A stretch of 64,000 nucleotides of DNA, taken from assembly GCA_037447605.1 (NCBI GenBank), contig CM074813.1, positions 1,550,001 to 1,614,000 on the forward strand. Direction: 5' to 3'. Below the pieces are notes generated by a model. The model was not told where the DNA came from, made no database searches, and saw nothing but the letters and a program-made list of their open reading frames with translations. Positions 50,239 to 61,159 of the stretch are shown in pieces; positions within the stretch are counted from its first letter, which is position 1, and the number at the start of each line of letters is the position of its first letter. Position numbers and translations under genes: made by a program. This DNA comes from Zygnema circumcarinatum SAG 698-1b. Taxonomy: Eukaryota; Plantae; Zygnematophyceae.

Positions 50239-50566
50239 AGATAAGTGGGGTTAAGAGGAGACTGCTGAGCTAGTTGCAGGTGCTGTACGGCCACTCGCGC
50301 GTCCGTGCTGAAACCGATGAAGGGTTGTGTTGGTCCTGTGGGTCTGCCTGCAGCATAGAGCCAGGATCCGGGNNNNNNNNNNGTGCTGTCCCGTGGGCCG
50401 CCAACAAATGGCGCCGCCGTCTCGCATTTTCCGTCGGCAATTCCTGGATCAGGCCGGTCCGTGACACTGAATATGAACATGTCAAGTACAACTGAACGGG
50501 CGCGGATCCGTCGAACGCAGCTCCGTTACGCTACACCGTCCTGCCACATTACAGGTAGCCCCTTTC

Positions 50567-50636
50567 GTACGGTCGCCTTCCCTGTACAGTACAATCGTCG
50601 TACGCCTCCAAGGGCTGTACCACTGTACGAATGTAC
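50567..50636. promoter_or_regulatory. Cluster of 7 GTAC cores in 70 bp (SBP/SPL- or CuRE-like)
   Basis: GTAC starts at 50567, 50584, 50589, 50600, 50617, 50625 and 50633. The function is inferred only. Confidence 0.45.
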
Positions 50637-50682
50637 GGCCTGCACTCTCCGACGATGGTTTGTTTCAAATGATTTTCCCGCC

Positions 50683-51167
50683 CACGTGGCGCCTTGTCGT
50701 GTTTCCCGGCGCCACGTGTCCGGCGCAGGCGCCCCGTGTCCGGCGCAGGCGCCGCGCTTGCGTCGATCAGCCCCGAAAGGGAACCACGTGGCGGCTCCAC
50801 CGCGCGGCCTGGCGACGTTTTCAAGACGGTGGTCCCAGGAAAATGGCGAGTTGGGAGTCGCCACGTGTCACTTGGACGCTACGTGTCGAGCGGGGGACGC
50901 TCCTGGAGGGGCTCGTCACGTGCGAAGTGTCAAGTGGCGGCACGCGGTTGGCGCGGGGGAGGCCTCTAAAAAAAAAAGGGGCGAAACTCTGCTTTATAAT
51001 TTAGCTCTGTTAAGCACGGAAAAAGCATTTTTATGACCAAATGCTTTGCTTAAAACAAAGATGAAAACGCAGCCCACGAAGAACCGTCGATGAAATGTGC
51101 GGACACGATGCCGCCAGGAAGGCACCTCCGCGCGCCGTCCTCGTGGCAAAGTCCGAAAATCCACGTG
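50683..51167. promoter_or_regulatory. G-box/ABRE cluster (6 CACGTG in about 485 bp)
   Basis: CACGTG starts at 50683, 50713, 50785, 50862, 50917 and 51162. One more lies at 36540 on the other side of the retroelement. Confidence 0.45.
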
Positions 51168-52084
51168 GACCGCTCCCTCTCGCATGGCGTGAATTCGCCG
51201 TTGCGTGAAAAGCAACGCAACGGCGAAGTCGCCGCTTGGAGAGGGAGTGGTCGTGGTTTCGAGGACAGAGCCGTCGCGTACGCGTAGTACGCACTACCTT
51301 GCGCGTTCAGTTCGCGCATGTGAAGGCGCGGCCCGACCCTTAGCCAAAAAAAAAAAAGGGAACTCATAGTATCACACAAGACACAAGCCACAATTTGAAA
51401 CCAAGAGACAACTGTAAACTTGTACGAAATTTTAAAATGTGTAGATACCAGTAAATCGAGAGAACCGGACACACAAACAACTTGTTGGTATGCGTTTAAA
51501 AATTTCGAAACCTTGTATATATGAAATTTCTTTGTGTACAAATTTGATTTTTAAAAGTGTATGATTAGTTGCCAGTGGCTGGTATGAATGAAACCGGCGT
51601 TGTTTCACTTGTTTGGTAGACCCTTTTGTCTAGTTTACAACTTGTGTGCCTAGAAGGTTTGTAGGATTAAAGCCTGCTGAATGGCATTGGTACGTTTATA
51701 AAGCATTACTTTTGTGCACGTGAGAATGAGGGAGGGATGGAGAGAGTGTGCGATTGAGTTGAGTTGCGCGTTTTTGTGTCTGTAAGTGTTTTCGAGCTTA
51801 TTTCTGTGTGGGTATAGTGCCTTTCCCAATGGAACTCGCACTCCAAATGCCTAGCAAGATTGTCTTATCGACATATGTTTTGTGCTAGTTTACAAATTCT
51901 CGGTTAAAAAGCCCTCAATGTTGAAAGTGCTGGAGGCTGGTCGCATGGTTCACAGTCTCGTAGTAAATGCCATCGTTTGCCATCAGACCTGCTGCATTGC
52001 ACTGAAATACTGTCTCAAGCATTGGAAAATCTGTAAACGAGAAGTAAAACACCAGCACGCTGCAGTGCAAAATATCGAGGCATG

Positions 52085-53032
52085 TCCCGCAGCCACTGCC
52101 TCTCTCGCGTCGGCTCCCTCTCTCCCTCCCTCCCTCCCTTCCTCTCTAGCGGCCCGTCCCGCAGCCACCGCCTCTCTCGCGTTGGCTCCCTCTCTCCCTC
52201 CCTCCCTCCCTCCCTCCCTTCCTCCCTCTCTAGCGGCCCGTCCCGCAGCCACCGCCTCTCTCGCGTTGGCTCCCTCTCTCCCTCCCTCCCTTCCTCCCTC
52301 TCTAGCGGCCCGTCCCGCAGCCACCGCCTCTCTCGCGTTGGCTCCCTCCCTCCCTCCCTCCCTCCTCCCTCTCTAGCGGCCCGTCCCGCAGCCACCGCCT
52401 CTCTCGCGTTGGCTCCCTCTCTCCCTCCCTCCCTCCCTCCTCCCTCTCTAGCGGCCCGTCCCGCAGCCACCGCCTCTCTCGCGTTGGCTCCCTCTCTCCC
52501 TCCCTCCCTCCCTTCCTCCCTCTCTAGCGGCCCGTCCCGCAGCCACCGCCTCTCTCGCGTTGGCTCCCTCTCTCCCTCCCTCCCTCCCTTCCTCCCTCTC
52601 TAGCGGCCCGTCCCGCAGCCACCGCCTCTCTCGCGTTGGCTCCCTCTCTCCCTCCCTCCCTCCCTTCCTCCCTCTCTAGCGGCCCGTCCCGCAGCCACCG
52701 CCTCTCTCGCGTTGGCTCCCTCTCTCCCTCCCTCCCTCCCTTCCTCCCTCTCTAGCGGCCCGTCCCGCAGCCACCGCCTCTCTCGCGTTGGCTCCCTCTC
52801 TCCCTCCCTCCCTCCCTTCCTCCCTCTCTAGCGGCCCGTCCCGCAGCCACCGCCTCTCTCGCGTTGGCTCCCTCTCTCCCTCCCTCCCTCCCTTCCTCCC
52901 TCTCTCCTCGCGGCCCGTCCCGCAGCCACCGCCTCTCTCGCGTTGGCTCCCTCTCTCCCTCCCTCCCTCCCTTCCTCCCTCTCTAGCGGCCCGTCCCGCA
53001 GCCACCGCCTCTCTCGCGTTGGCTCCCTCCCT
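52085..53032 (+). repeat. GC-rich minisatellite, about 13 units of 72-84 bp (mostly 76): TAGCGGCCCGTCCCGCAGCCACCGCCTCTCTCGCGTTGGC plus a variable (CCCT)n tract
   Basis: Unit starts at 52147, 52231, 52303, 52374, 52449, 52525, 52601, 52677, 52753, 52829, ~52908 and 52984. Confidence 0.95.
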
Positions 53033-53052
53033 CCTTGGCCTTGGCCAGCCAG

Positions 53053-53517
53053 CCTTGGAATGCTCGCTGACATTGCTTGCCTGCAAAGCGGCTGAAGGAG
53101 TCGGCAGCGCGGCGAGTTATGGCCGGTTTTTCTGCTGAAACTTGCGTCTCTCCAGAAGGGCGACAGCAGGGGCACCAAATGATGCGCGTGAATTCAGTAT
53201 CACAATATAGAATTTTACCAAAAAACCTAATGACTAATATAATAAAGCAAAACAAACAGAAGAACAAAAAAATATAGCCCAAAGATAAAATGGTAAACTT
53301 CAATCTGCTGCCGGGAACACTCCTCTGCAGCTTCATCACTGACAGAACATCGAACTCTCCTCCGAAGCTTCCATTCCCCTGGACGAACGGAGGGAGCGAC
53401 AGCTTGTCACCCTTCTGGAGAAGCGCAAGTTTCCGCAGAAAAACCGGCCATGACTCGCCGCGCTGCCGGCTCCTTCAGCCGCTTTGCAGGCGAGCAATGC
53501 CGGCGAGCACGCCAAGG
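53053..53517. repeat. Foldback: inverted arms of about 115 bp (53053-53167 and ~53402-53517) around an AT-rich spacer of about 235 bp
   Basis: The arms align as reverse complements at roughly 85-90% identity by eye. Confidence 0.85.
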
Positions 53518-54990
53518 CCGGCTCGCTCTCCTGCACTCACCTCCGCCTCAGCCGGCGGCAAGGGGAGCTGTGCGACGCAACCGCCGTCCATGATTGGCTG
53601 TGCGATCGTTACTCGCGTCGCCCCGCCAATGGGAGGTCAGCGTGCGACCACCGGCCAGCGGACGACTTCGGGCGGCGAAATTTGAAAGCTGGTCTTAGAG
53701 CCGAGAGCGGACGTGGGGCAGGACAAGTCCAAGGAGGAATCGCGAGCTGCATCCTGGCGACAACGTTTCTGGTAAGCGAATTTGGGCGTCAGCTCACGCC
53801 TGCAAGGGAAACTTGTGTGGCTCTGTAGGCGAGTGAGTGCTGGGGGGCAGAATGGAATGGAATGGAATGGAATAGGCTTGTGGGGGGTGAAGCAGGGTAT
53901 GCTCAATGGATGGGTGTTAACTTGGATGCTATCTTCCAGCGCATTTTCAACGAAGCAAAAAATAGCCAATCCAAGAGACATAATTGAATTGACTTTAACC
54001 TCTGAATACGGAAGTCAATTTCCATGTTGATATTTAACATCGACAAAAAGAGCGCAAACGAAGCCAAAGAGTCCTTATCGTTCTTGAAGCAGGCGAGTGC
54101 AATTCAACTCCTGAAATAATCAATTTGAGGCACTTGCTGTTATTCTAAAAGAGAAAGTTTGAGAAGATTGTGAAGTTCGCGACGAAGCCTTTATGTTGAG
54201 AGATTTTTTTTTTTTCAAACAGTTATGTCCGGTAGGTGGTTTCATAATTGTTTCCCAAAGTGACCTTTGGGACCCTCAGTTTGATTCTCCATTCCAGCTT
54301 TGGTGTGACTGCATGGGGTCCACATCATAACAGCACAGAGGGGGAGGGGGAGTGGGAGGCTGAAAAAACTTCACTTCTCATTCACAGAAATGCTGACAGT
54401 GATAATGTGATTCATCTAACCCTTTCCAGCAAGTGTAACCAGTCCACTGCTGTTTATTTGCAATGTCTGCAAGACCTGCATGAAGAGGACGAACTTAGTC
54501 AAAAGCAATCCCTCCACGAGATCCCTCTCCATAAGCAATCTACATCCTCTGTGCGTATTGAGACCTCTCCCTTTCTGTGCGGTACACAGCGATTGACTAG
54601 AATCGAGAGCGTGTTGGATTAAAACTGCGACCATAGGGCGCACACAAAAGCGGCTTCTACAAGGAAGTGCAAGGAACCCTCCAAGAGAATCAATATTCTG
54701 GTAAAATAGCGACAACCTCGAATACAGATAGAAGGACCTTCTTTCGCACCTACATCTACTATTCACGTGCATACAAAGATGAGATGCGCTCCTGAGGACA
54801 CCATGGCGGATGATTGCCGCAAATATGCCCAAACTCGCCGTATCCCAACAGCCAATGGAAAGGAGTGAAACCAGATCTATTGCAAACTGCTGTTACAGGA
54901 TTTAACGCCTAAATAGTAAGGCATGACTGCACCTTGTAGAACAGAAAAAGCTGCCGAGAGCATTGGAAAACAAGTACCGGTTCCATGCCG

Positions 54991-57900
54991 TCAATAACGT
55001 GGAATACTGCTGTCTACTTTTCGGGAATAAGCGTCAATGCCGCCCACAATATTATAAAGCTGCTTGAAGCCCTGCATCCCTCATGCAAGTCCCACACACT
55101 GTTAATTGAGGTTACTCATCAGTTTTGCTACTAACCCATCCCCTCTATTCCATCAAAAAAATAATCCTAAAACTATTCTTTTCACTGGGGTTTATCCTGT
55201 TCTATCTCGCATTCTTTCCCCTCTCGCATCAGGTGAGGAGTATTCGGCTCCTTTCTCCTTCCAATTCCGGACTCCTCTATCCCTTCAACCATTCTTACCT
55301 TCTCTCCTTCTCTCCATTCATCCTCACCCAGCCTCTACCTGTGATCAGCTGAAGTCTGGTAAAAGATGGTCGAGATGCAAACAACTAAGTTCCTGTCACA
55401 GTCAATCGAGGTTAACCACAAAGTCGACTAACGCACCTGTGACTTCAGCCATTCCGCCGCCTGCTGTGATCTCATCCCATGGTGGCACTGCAAACCCCTC
55501 AGATCCATCAACCCTTAAGCACCTCCTAACTCCAAAAATGTTGCAAAAGAAACCTCCTACATTCAGCATGCAAATCTCATAAGCATGCGCCTGAGACTTA
55601 TATTATACATGGTCAACTTCGAACAACTGCATTCTGGAGATTCCGATTTTAGCCTAAATAATAGTCGGCCAAACATCAGTATCCTTTACCAAAAAGACCA
55701 TATTAACACTTGACAGCTACATGGCAATTGTAACAGTGAAGTGAACTGTTCCTACCAGCACGTATGTCTCCTTCTCAAGGTCAAGTTCCTCGGCAATCGT
55801 TGGTGCCCACTGCCCAAATTGGCTTAAAGGGTACGCGCTGAAGCCTTCAATGGCTGCCGTTTCACTGCCCGTTTCGCCCCATTCATGCTTGATTGAGAAT
55901 CCAACAATAGGTGATTGTCCAAATTACAAAGCTATTGCTGTGTTTTCTGAGGCATTAAACTATGATTCCCTAAATGGGTTTCCCAAAGCTCGTAACGTCT
56001 CAGCCATGGCCTTTGCAGTCCATATAGGAAAAAGGATTGAATAGACTTGAAGGTTGAGAGCCTACAAAAAAATGAATCTTTAAAATAATATCAAAAGCAT
56101 CAATGCAGCACGACTCACATTTCAGATGGCTCCCTTACGTCAATCAACTGGAGGTCATCCCCTTCTCCATCCTCGCGAGACTGCAAGCGCTGGGCAAAGT
56201 CCTCCACCTGAATCTGCTCCAACTTAGCCTCTTGCCTGCACAAGCACCCTCATTGACTTCATCTGCTTCCATCTTTAATTTGTGGTATGGCTTTTAGTCT
56301 ACAGCGATAAGCTCATGACTGTATACGGCAATTGATCCGCTTCCTAAAGGTAAGGGGAGAAAACGAACAAACTAGACTAAAATATGGGTCATGCCACGCT
56401 GGGGCCTTGAGAAATATCTGGAGAAATTGACTCTAAAAGCAAATGCCAATTCTGCTTTGGTTATAGCTTGTTGTAAGCGTGCATTTTCCCACACGAAGGC
56501 AGATTAAAAGTTGATTTGCACGTCGCAACCTACCTCTCTGCTAAGACTTGCAGCAGATGCCATCCGTACTTCGTCTTCACACGAACCACTTTGTTGAGGG
56601 GTGCATTGAACGCTGCCTCCTCAAACTCCTTCACCTATACAAATTTGAAAAGTAGATCCAACATTTCCCATGCATTCTCATTAGCCTGCGTCCGATATGT
56701 CCCATCGGTCTCACTGGTACGGCAAGTCGATCATCAACCCTTTGCTTACTACTTTCCCCGCCAGCCTTACACGGAAAACAACTGATACTTGGCATTGACC
56801 TGCCAAAGTCTGCTCACGACGGTTTTTTTATTAAACTCAGCATTTTGGAGTATGGAACAAGAAATCTTCCACTCACAGTGCGGCCCCGACTGATCCACCC
56901 AATCATGCCGCCGTCAGATTTGGAGGGGCAGATGGAGTGCTCCGTCGCAAGATCAGAGAGGTCTTCCCCCTCTGCTCCCAACTTCACCTATCCCTTTCAT
57001 GTCAATGCCTGCGGATATTCACCATAGACATAAAAAATTGCGTAGAATGCATAGGGCTGAGAATAAGATCTTCTTCACCACCCTATCTCCCATACTTCTA
57101 GTCAGCACTTTCCCCACTGACAACTGCTACAGTAGCTACTACTGCTACGATCATCCTTCAAGCCTGATTTAGACCTTTGCTCAATAGCACACTACTGAAA
57201 TGTTTCCTTCGTGTTGTCGACAACGTGGTAAAAAATCAAACGTTTTAAGCATCTACGATAAAAGGATCACGCAGGATGAAAGAAGCAGGAAGTTCTCGAG
57301 TCGGGCTTTCGGAGACCAAGGTTGCACCTTGAAGAATACGCTTCTGCAATTCGAGGAGAAGTGGGAGCTGCTCGTCCTTCACGAGGAGGTGCTGTACCAA
57401 AAGTTCACGGTTCTTCACTGCACTGTCATGAACAGCCCTAGGCGCCATAGAAGCAAAGCCTCCTGCACTTGCCAGCAGGTCAAAAAAGAGATTCAGATTC
57501 AGCTCACTTCAATTTTTGTCAGCCCAACCGTGCAAACTAGTCTAAAATCCAAGATGACATGGTACTTTGACTCACGCAGTAAACTCTGAAAACCGCTGGT
57601 TTAGTTTGTAGGCTACCTTGTTACTCTCACCCTGTCCTAAATAAGCCAACCGTGAATTTTTAAACATGAAATAAGCTACAAAGCACTGCAGAATGCACAG
57701 GATTTTGTAATATCTTGAACATTACAGGCTATTCCACTGCAATCGTTCACAAGCATGTAGTTCCGTACATAGCCATTCACATATTCGCCCTCTCTGCAGA
57801 GAACGGGCTGCCTTACTACTTAAGAAATAATTTGTTCAACTAGGTTAGTAGTAAGATAGAAGACTGTAAAAAGCACACTGTGAGCCTTATTTTCCCTAAA

Positions 57901-58634
57901 CATTTGTTCGGTGAGTCAGAAACAAGGAACGAAGGTTTAACAAGATGGAAGCCAAACATGTGTAAGGTAGCAACTTCTTTCTGCCTCGCCAAGGCGCGGG
58001 TCTTTCGGCGACAGAACGAATTGCGATTACAATGCTTTCTGTTGTTCATCATATTCGCAAAGGTTTAAGGGAAATTAAGCGCGAATTCCTGGTCTTCTTA
58101 ATTTAATTCCCAAGTGACATATGGGCAATGTTCTGGTTTTGAAAAACATTGAAATAGAAACCAGTTCTTGCTTCAGCTCAGCCTCAGATACTGTACTACA
58201 GAAAACGGCTCATCTTTATCACCAAACAAACAAACAATTCCAGAACTCAACTCTGTTGCATTCCAGGAAATCACTTCATTGTTTTGGCTTCTGCAGACAG
58301 ACTCCATGGACGAAATGCTTTTTTGCAGGGTCCTCTTTGGAGCTTCGTGCCTCCGACCACGAGTCCAAGCGATCGCCTACCATCTGAATGCAGTGGAACG
58401 GAGGATGCGATTCAAAGAAACCGCACCTTTTGCCGACATTGGCGCAACCGGAGGTCTTCCTACCGTCCGCAGCAGCAAAGCAGTGTCTATCAGCTGGCCC
58501 CTTCTGGCGGCTCCAAGAAGGTGCCGGGAAAATGGCGCAGACAGGCGGCTGGCAGGAGGAGCGCCCTTCCGCGAGTGCAGCAGCGCAGCCCAGCAGTTGG
58601 CGGCAGCAGCAGTTGCAGCTCGAGCGGTAGCCAT
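54991..58634 (-). CDS. STR12: Rhodanese-like / PpiC (parvulin) domain protein, STR12-like, organelle-targeted, multi-exon
   Basis: RELLVQHLLVKDEQ; DLSDLATEHSICPSKSDGGMIGWI; VKEFEEAAF..TKYGWHLLQV (PpiC); LIDVREPSE; CHHGMRS (rhodanese Cys loop); GFKQLYNIVGGIDAYSRKVDSSIPRY*. The transit-peptide exon structure is uncertain. Confidence 0.9.
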
Positions 58635-59190
58635 GGCTGCCTCCGTCCTCAGGCCTGCCCTGCCCTTTGAAGCAGCGTCGCTGGTGGGAGGACATGCGAG
58701 GGTCCTGCTGCTGCTCAATTTTGTTTTGGACGTCGGAGGACGTTTTGGACGCAAGAGTACGCCAAACGGACGGTCAAGTACCGAACGCACGGACGCCCCG
58801 AAACTTCAGGTACGGCCAGGGATTTTCCATACCGTCGTACCGTGCCATTACGACACGGCTCAATCCTGTTCCGTAATGTACGGTCAACAGGTTCCCATGT
58901 GAGCATGGAACCGTTCCCAAAATCAGTTCATTACTGAACTGCTTCCCGTTCCGTGAAAAATGAAATTGCAACCGCGGCAACTGATTGGTGGTTTCCACGT
59001 GGCAGTCTGCAAGCGCCGGCCTGCATGCAGCGCCGCCTCTGGTTTCTTTCTCTTGTCTGGAAGCATGGGGGGCGGAGCTGCATTGCAGGCAGAGGGAGGG
59101 AGGGAGGGGGGGTAGTAGGATTACAGTCTACGAGAGAATCGCAGCTGTCTTGCAGAGGGTGGAGAGGAGAAAGGAAAACACAGCCACAGC

Positions 59191-60889
59191 ATGGCGGAGG
59201 ACAGGCACGACATAACGAAGGCGGGAGCATTTGCTGGTGTGGGGAACGAGTTCAGCATCAGGTCGACTGCGTTTGAGGAGGGGGGATGGATTCCGTTGAA
59301 GCACGCCTCAATCGGCAAGTCGAGGGGGCAGCATGATATTTCGCCTCCCCTTTACTGGGCGGGGCTTCCTGTTGGTACAGAAGAGCTCGCGCTAGTATTG
59401 GAGGATCTTGATGCTCCTGAGGAAGCACCGATTGTGCCAACCGTGCATTGGTAGGTGATTACGAAAATTTCCAGACACGGAGCGTCGTTTGTTGATGTTT
59501 CTGATAGGAGATTGTGTTGAGGATAGAGGAACTAAGAACTTCTGAAGTTTTCAACCTTGCTTCAGCGTTCAAAAAAGGAAACTCGAAGGTACAGTACCTT
59601 GGGAACGTAACGGCTCGTTCTTTTTTTCAAACTTATTGTATCAATTCTGTTATGCCGGATTTGAGTTCGTCGAATTGGCTTGGCTTTCTTTTCAGATTTC
59701 TTTCACTTCTGAAGTTTTTGTAATTTAAACTTTACTCGACGACCATGCGGAAAAGTCTGAAATGATGGTATTTGGCTTGCGTTTTGCAATTGGTTGAAAA
59801 AATTCAGTGCCGGATAAGTATGCAAATAACAACCTGGTCGTTTGACATGATGCAGGATAGTGACCAACATTCCTCCAACCGTAGAAGGTGCTGTAAGATA
59901 AAGCGTTTTCGTTCAGCCAGAGGGATGAATGGACAACCCTATTTACGTGCTAATGGTTTTTTCTTGATAATTCAATTGTTAAATGTCTTCACATGTATTC
60001 CTTGCTATTGCAATAGAATTGCTTGCTTTGCATTTCATTCTGGATTCACAGTAGGTCCATTACCGCTTTAGCACTGTACTCCGCTTGTTTATGACCATGA
60101 TCTGGTCCGGATTGTAACCCAACATCTGGAAATTGCTAGAGAATTCCTTTGTTTGTACACACATGCAGGTCTGCCTTCAGGGTTCGTCAGTAAGCAGTAC
60201 GCTGATGATGAGCAGTATAGCTCTGTGAAGGAAGGAGTAAACGACTTCGAGCATTTAGGGTACACTGGACCTCGTGCTGAAACCAAAGAGCATCGCTACG
60301 TATATACACTATACGCCCTCGACAAACGCCTGAAGTTTGGTGATAAGGTATGTCAGGGCAGGTTGCTGCATTGGGAGGTAGGTTGTAATGGAAACAAATT
60401 GACTGGTCGAACTTTGATTTGATTGTGGAGAAAAGGACATTTGCAATTAGCGCGATGGATGGGCCGTCAAATTCAGCAAACCAGCTCACATTTAATATAG
60501 ACTATTCTGTCTAGTTCCGGTTGGCTGGTTTCAGCCGGGCTTTTCCTTTACATTTCTTTGCGTTGTATTAATTCGAATTCTCTTCAGAGGAACCATAACC
60601 CAGGCATGTGTCTCCGTGCGCAAGATTTTAGAGTTGCAAACATTCATGAGCGAGGGTTTCTTCCGAGAGAGCGAGGAGCTGATGTTTGGTTGAAGCGCAA
60701 ATGTAAGGATGGGCCAAGCAAGTTCAGGACCTGCCTTTGCGCTTTCATGAACCGTTTGTGTGCTGAACTGTTCGGGCGCAGATCACAAAGGAGAAATTGG
60801 AGAAGGCCATGGATGGCCACATCATGGGAGAAGCGAAACTGGCGGCCTTGTTCTCTCCTCACGAGAGAGGCGATGTCCCTCACGTTTAG
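59191..60889 (+). CDS. PEBP-family protein of YbhB/YbcL type; 4 exons (59191-59450, 59856-59887, 60169-60347, 60782-60889)
   Basis: FSIRSTAFEEGGWIP, DISPPLYW, LVLEDLDAP..VHWIVTNIP, NDF..GYTGP..HRYVYTLYALD. The exon phases join. Confidence 0.9.
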
Positions 60890-61159
60890 GCTTGGGAGGA
60901 ACATTGTTATACGGAGTCACCCTTTGCAGGCATTCCGCTGCACATGTGCAGTTCTACGCTCCGTCCAGTAACTTCCTTGATGGCGTTCAAGCTATCAATG
61001 TCAGCATAGGAGGTTAGTAAGACAAAAATGAAGCATCGGCCCATTTTTCCAATGCCAGTTCTCTCTCGGTTTCTCTTTCCTTTGTTATGTTGAATGAAAG
61101 TGAGTCAAAAAGTGGTGATCTTTTTCTCGTTGCAAATGTGTGTGTGAGAACGACATTGA

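Larger units (their letters stand above)
36606..50535. mobile_element. Ty3/Gypsy LTR-retrotransposon block: at least two minus-strand copies plus plus-strand fragments, six 10-N gaps
   Basis: Gag CCHC knuckle, protease DTG, RT YVDD, RNase H, integrase and iMet PBS are all present. Termini are TGTAGCG...CGCTACA. Confidence 0.93.

Noticed and set aside
49161-50372. Exact 601-bp direct duplication (49161-49761 = 49772-50372), including the PBS
   Set aside because: Both copies are bounded by 10-N gaps and end at the same base. This is the signature of a repeat contig placed twice, not of a biological tandem duplication.
50400-50420. CCAACA-AA-TGGCGCCG resembling an LTR end plus a tRNA-Asp/Lys PBS
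   Set aside because: It is antisense to gag-pol, lies inside the LTR and matches only about 8 nt. The real PBS is the exact iMet site at 50226-50238.
51882-53339. Many overlapping ORFs (REGGREG.., SLPPSL..) in the track
   Set aside because: These are by-products of a stop-poor minisatellite, with no domain or splice support.
53851-53875. (GGAAT)n run resembling satellite III
   Set aside because: Only about 4-5 units; an ordinary microsatellite.
54248-54832. Opposing ORFs of 124 and 138 codons downstream of STR12
   Set aside because: No motifs or consistent splice chain; likely UTR or intergenic.
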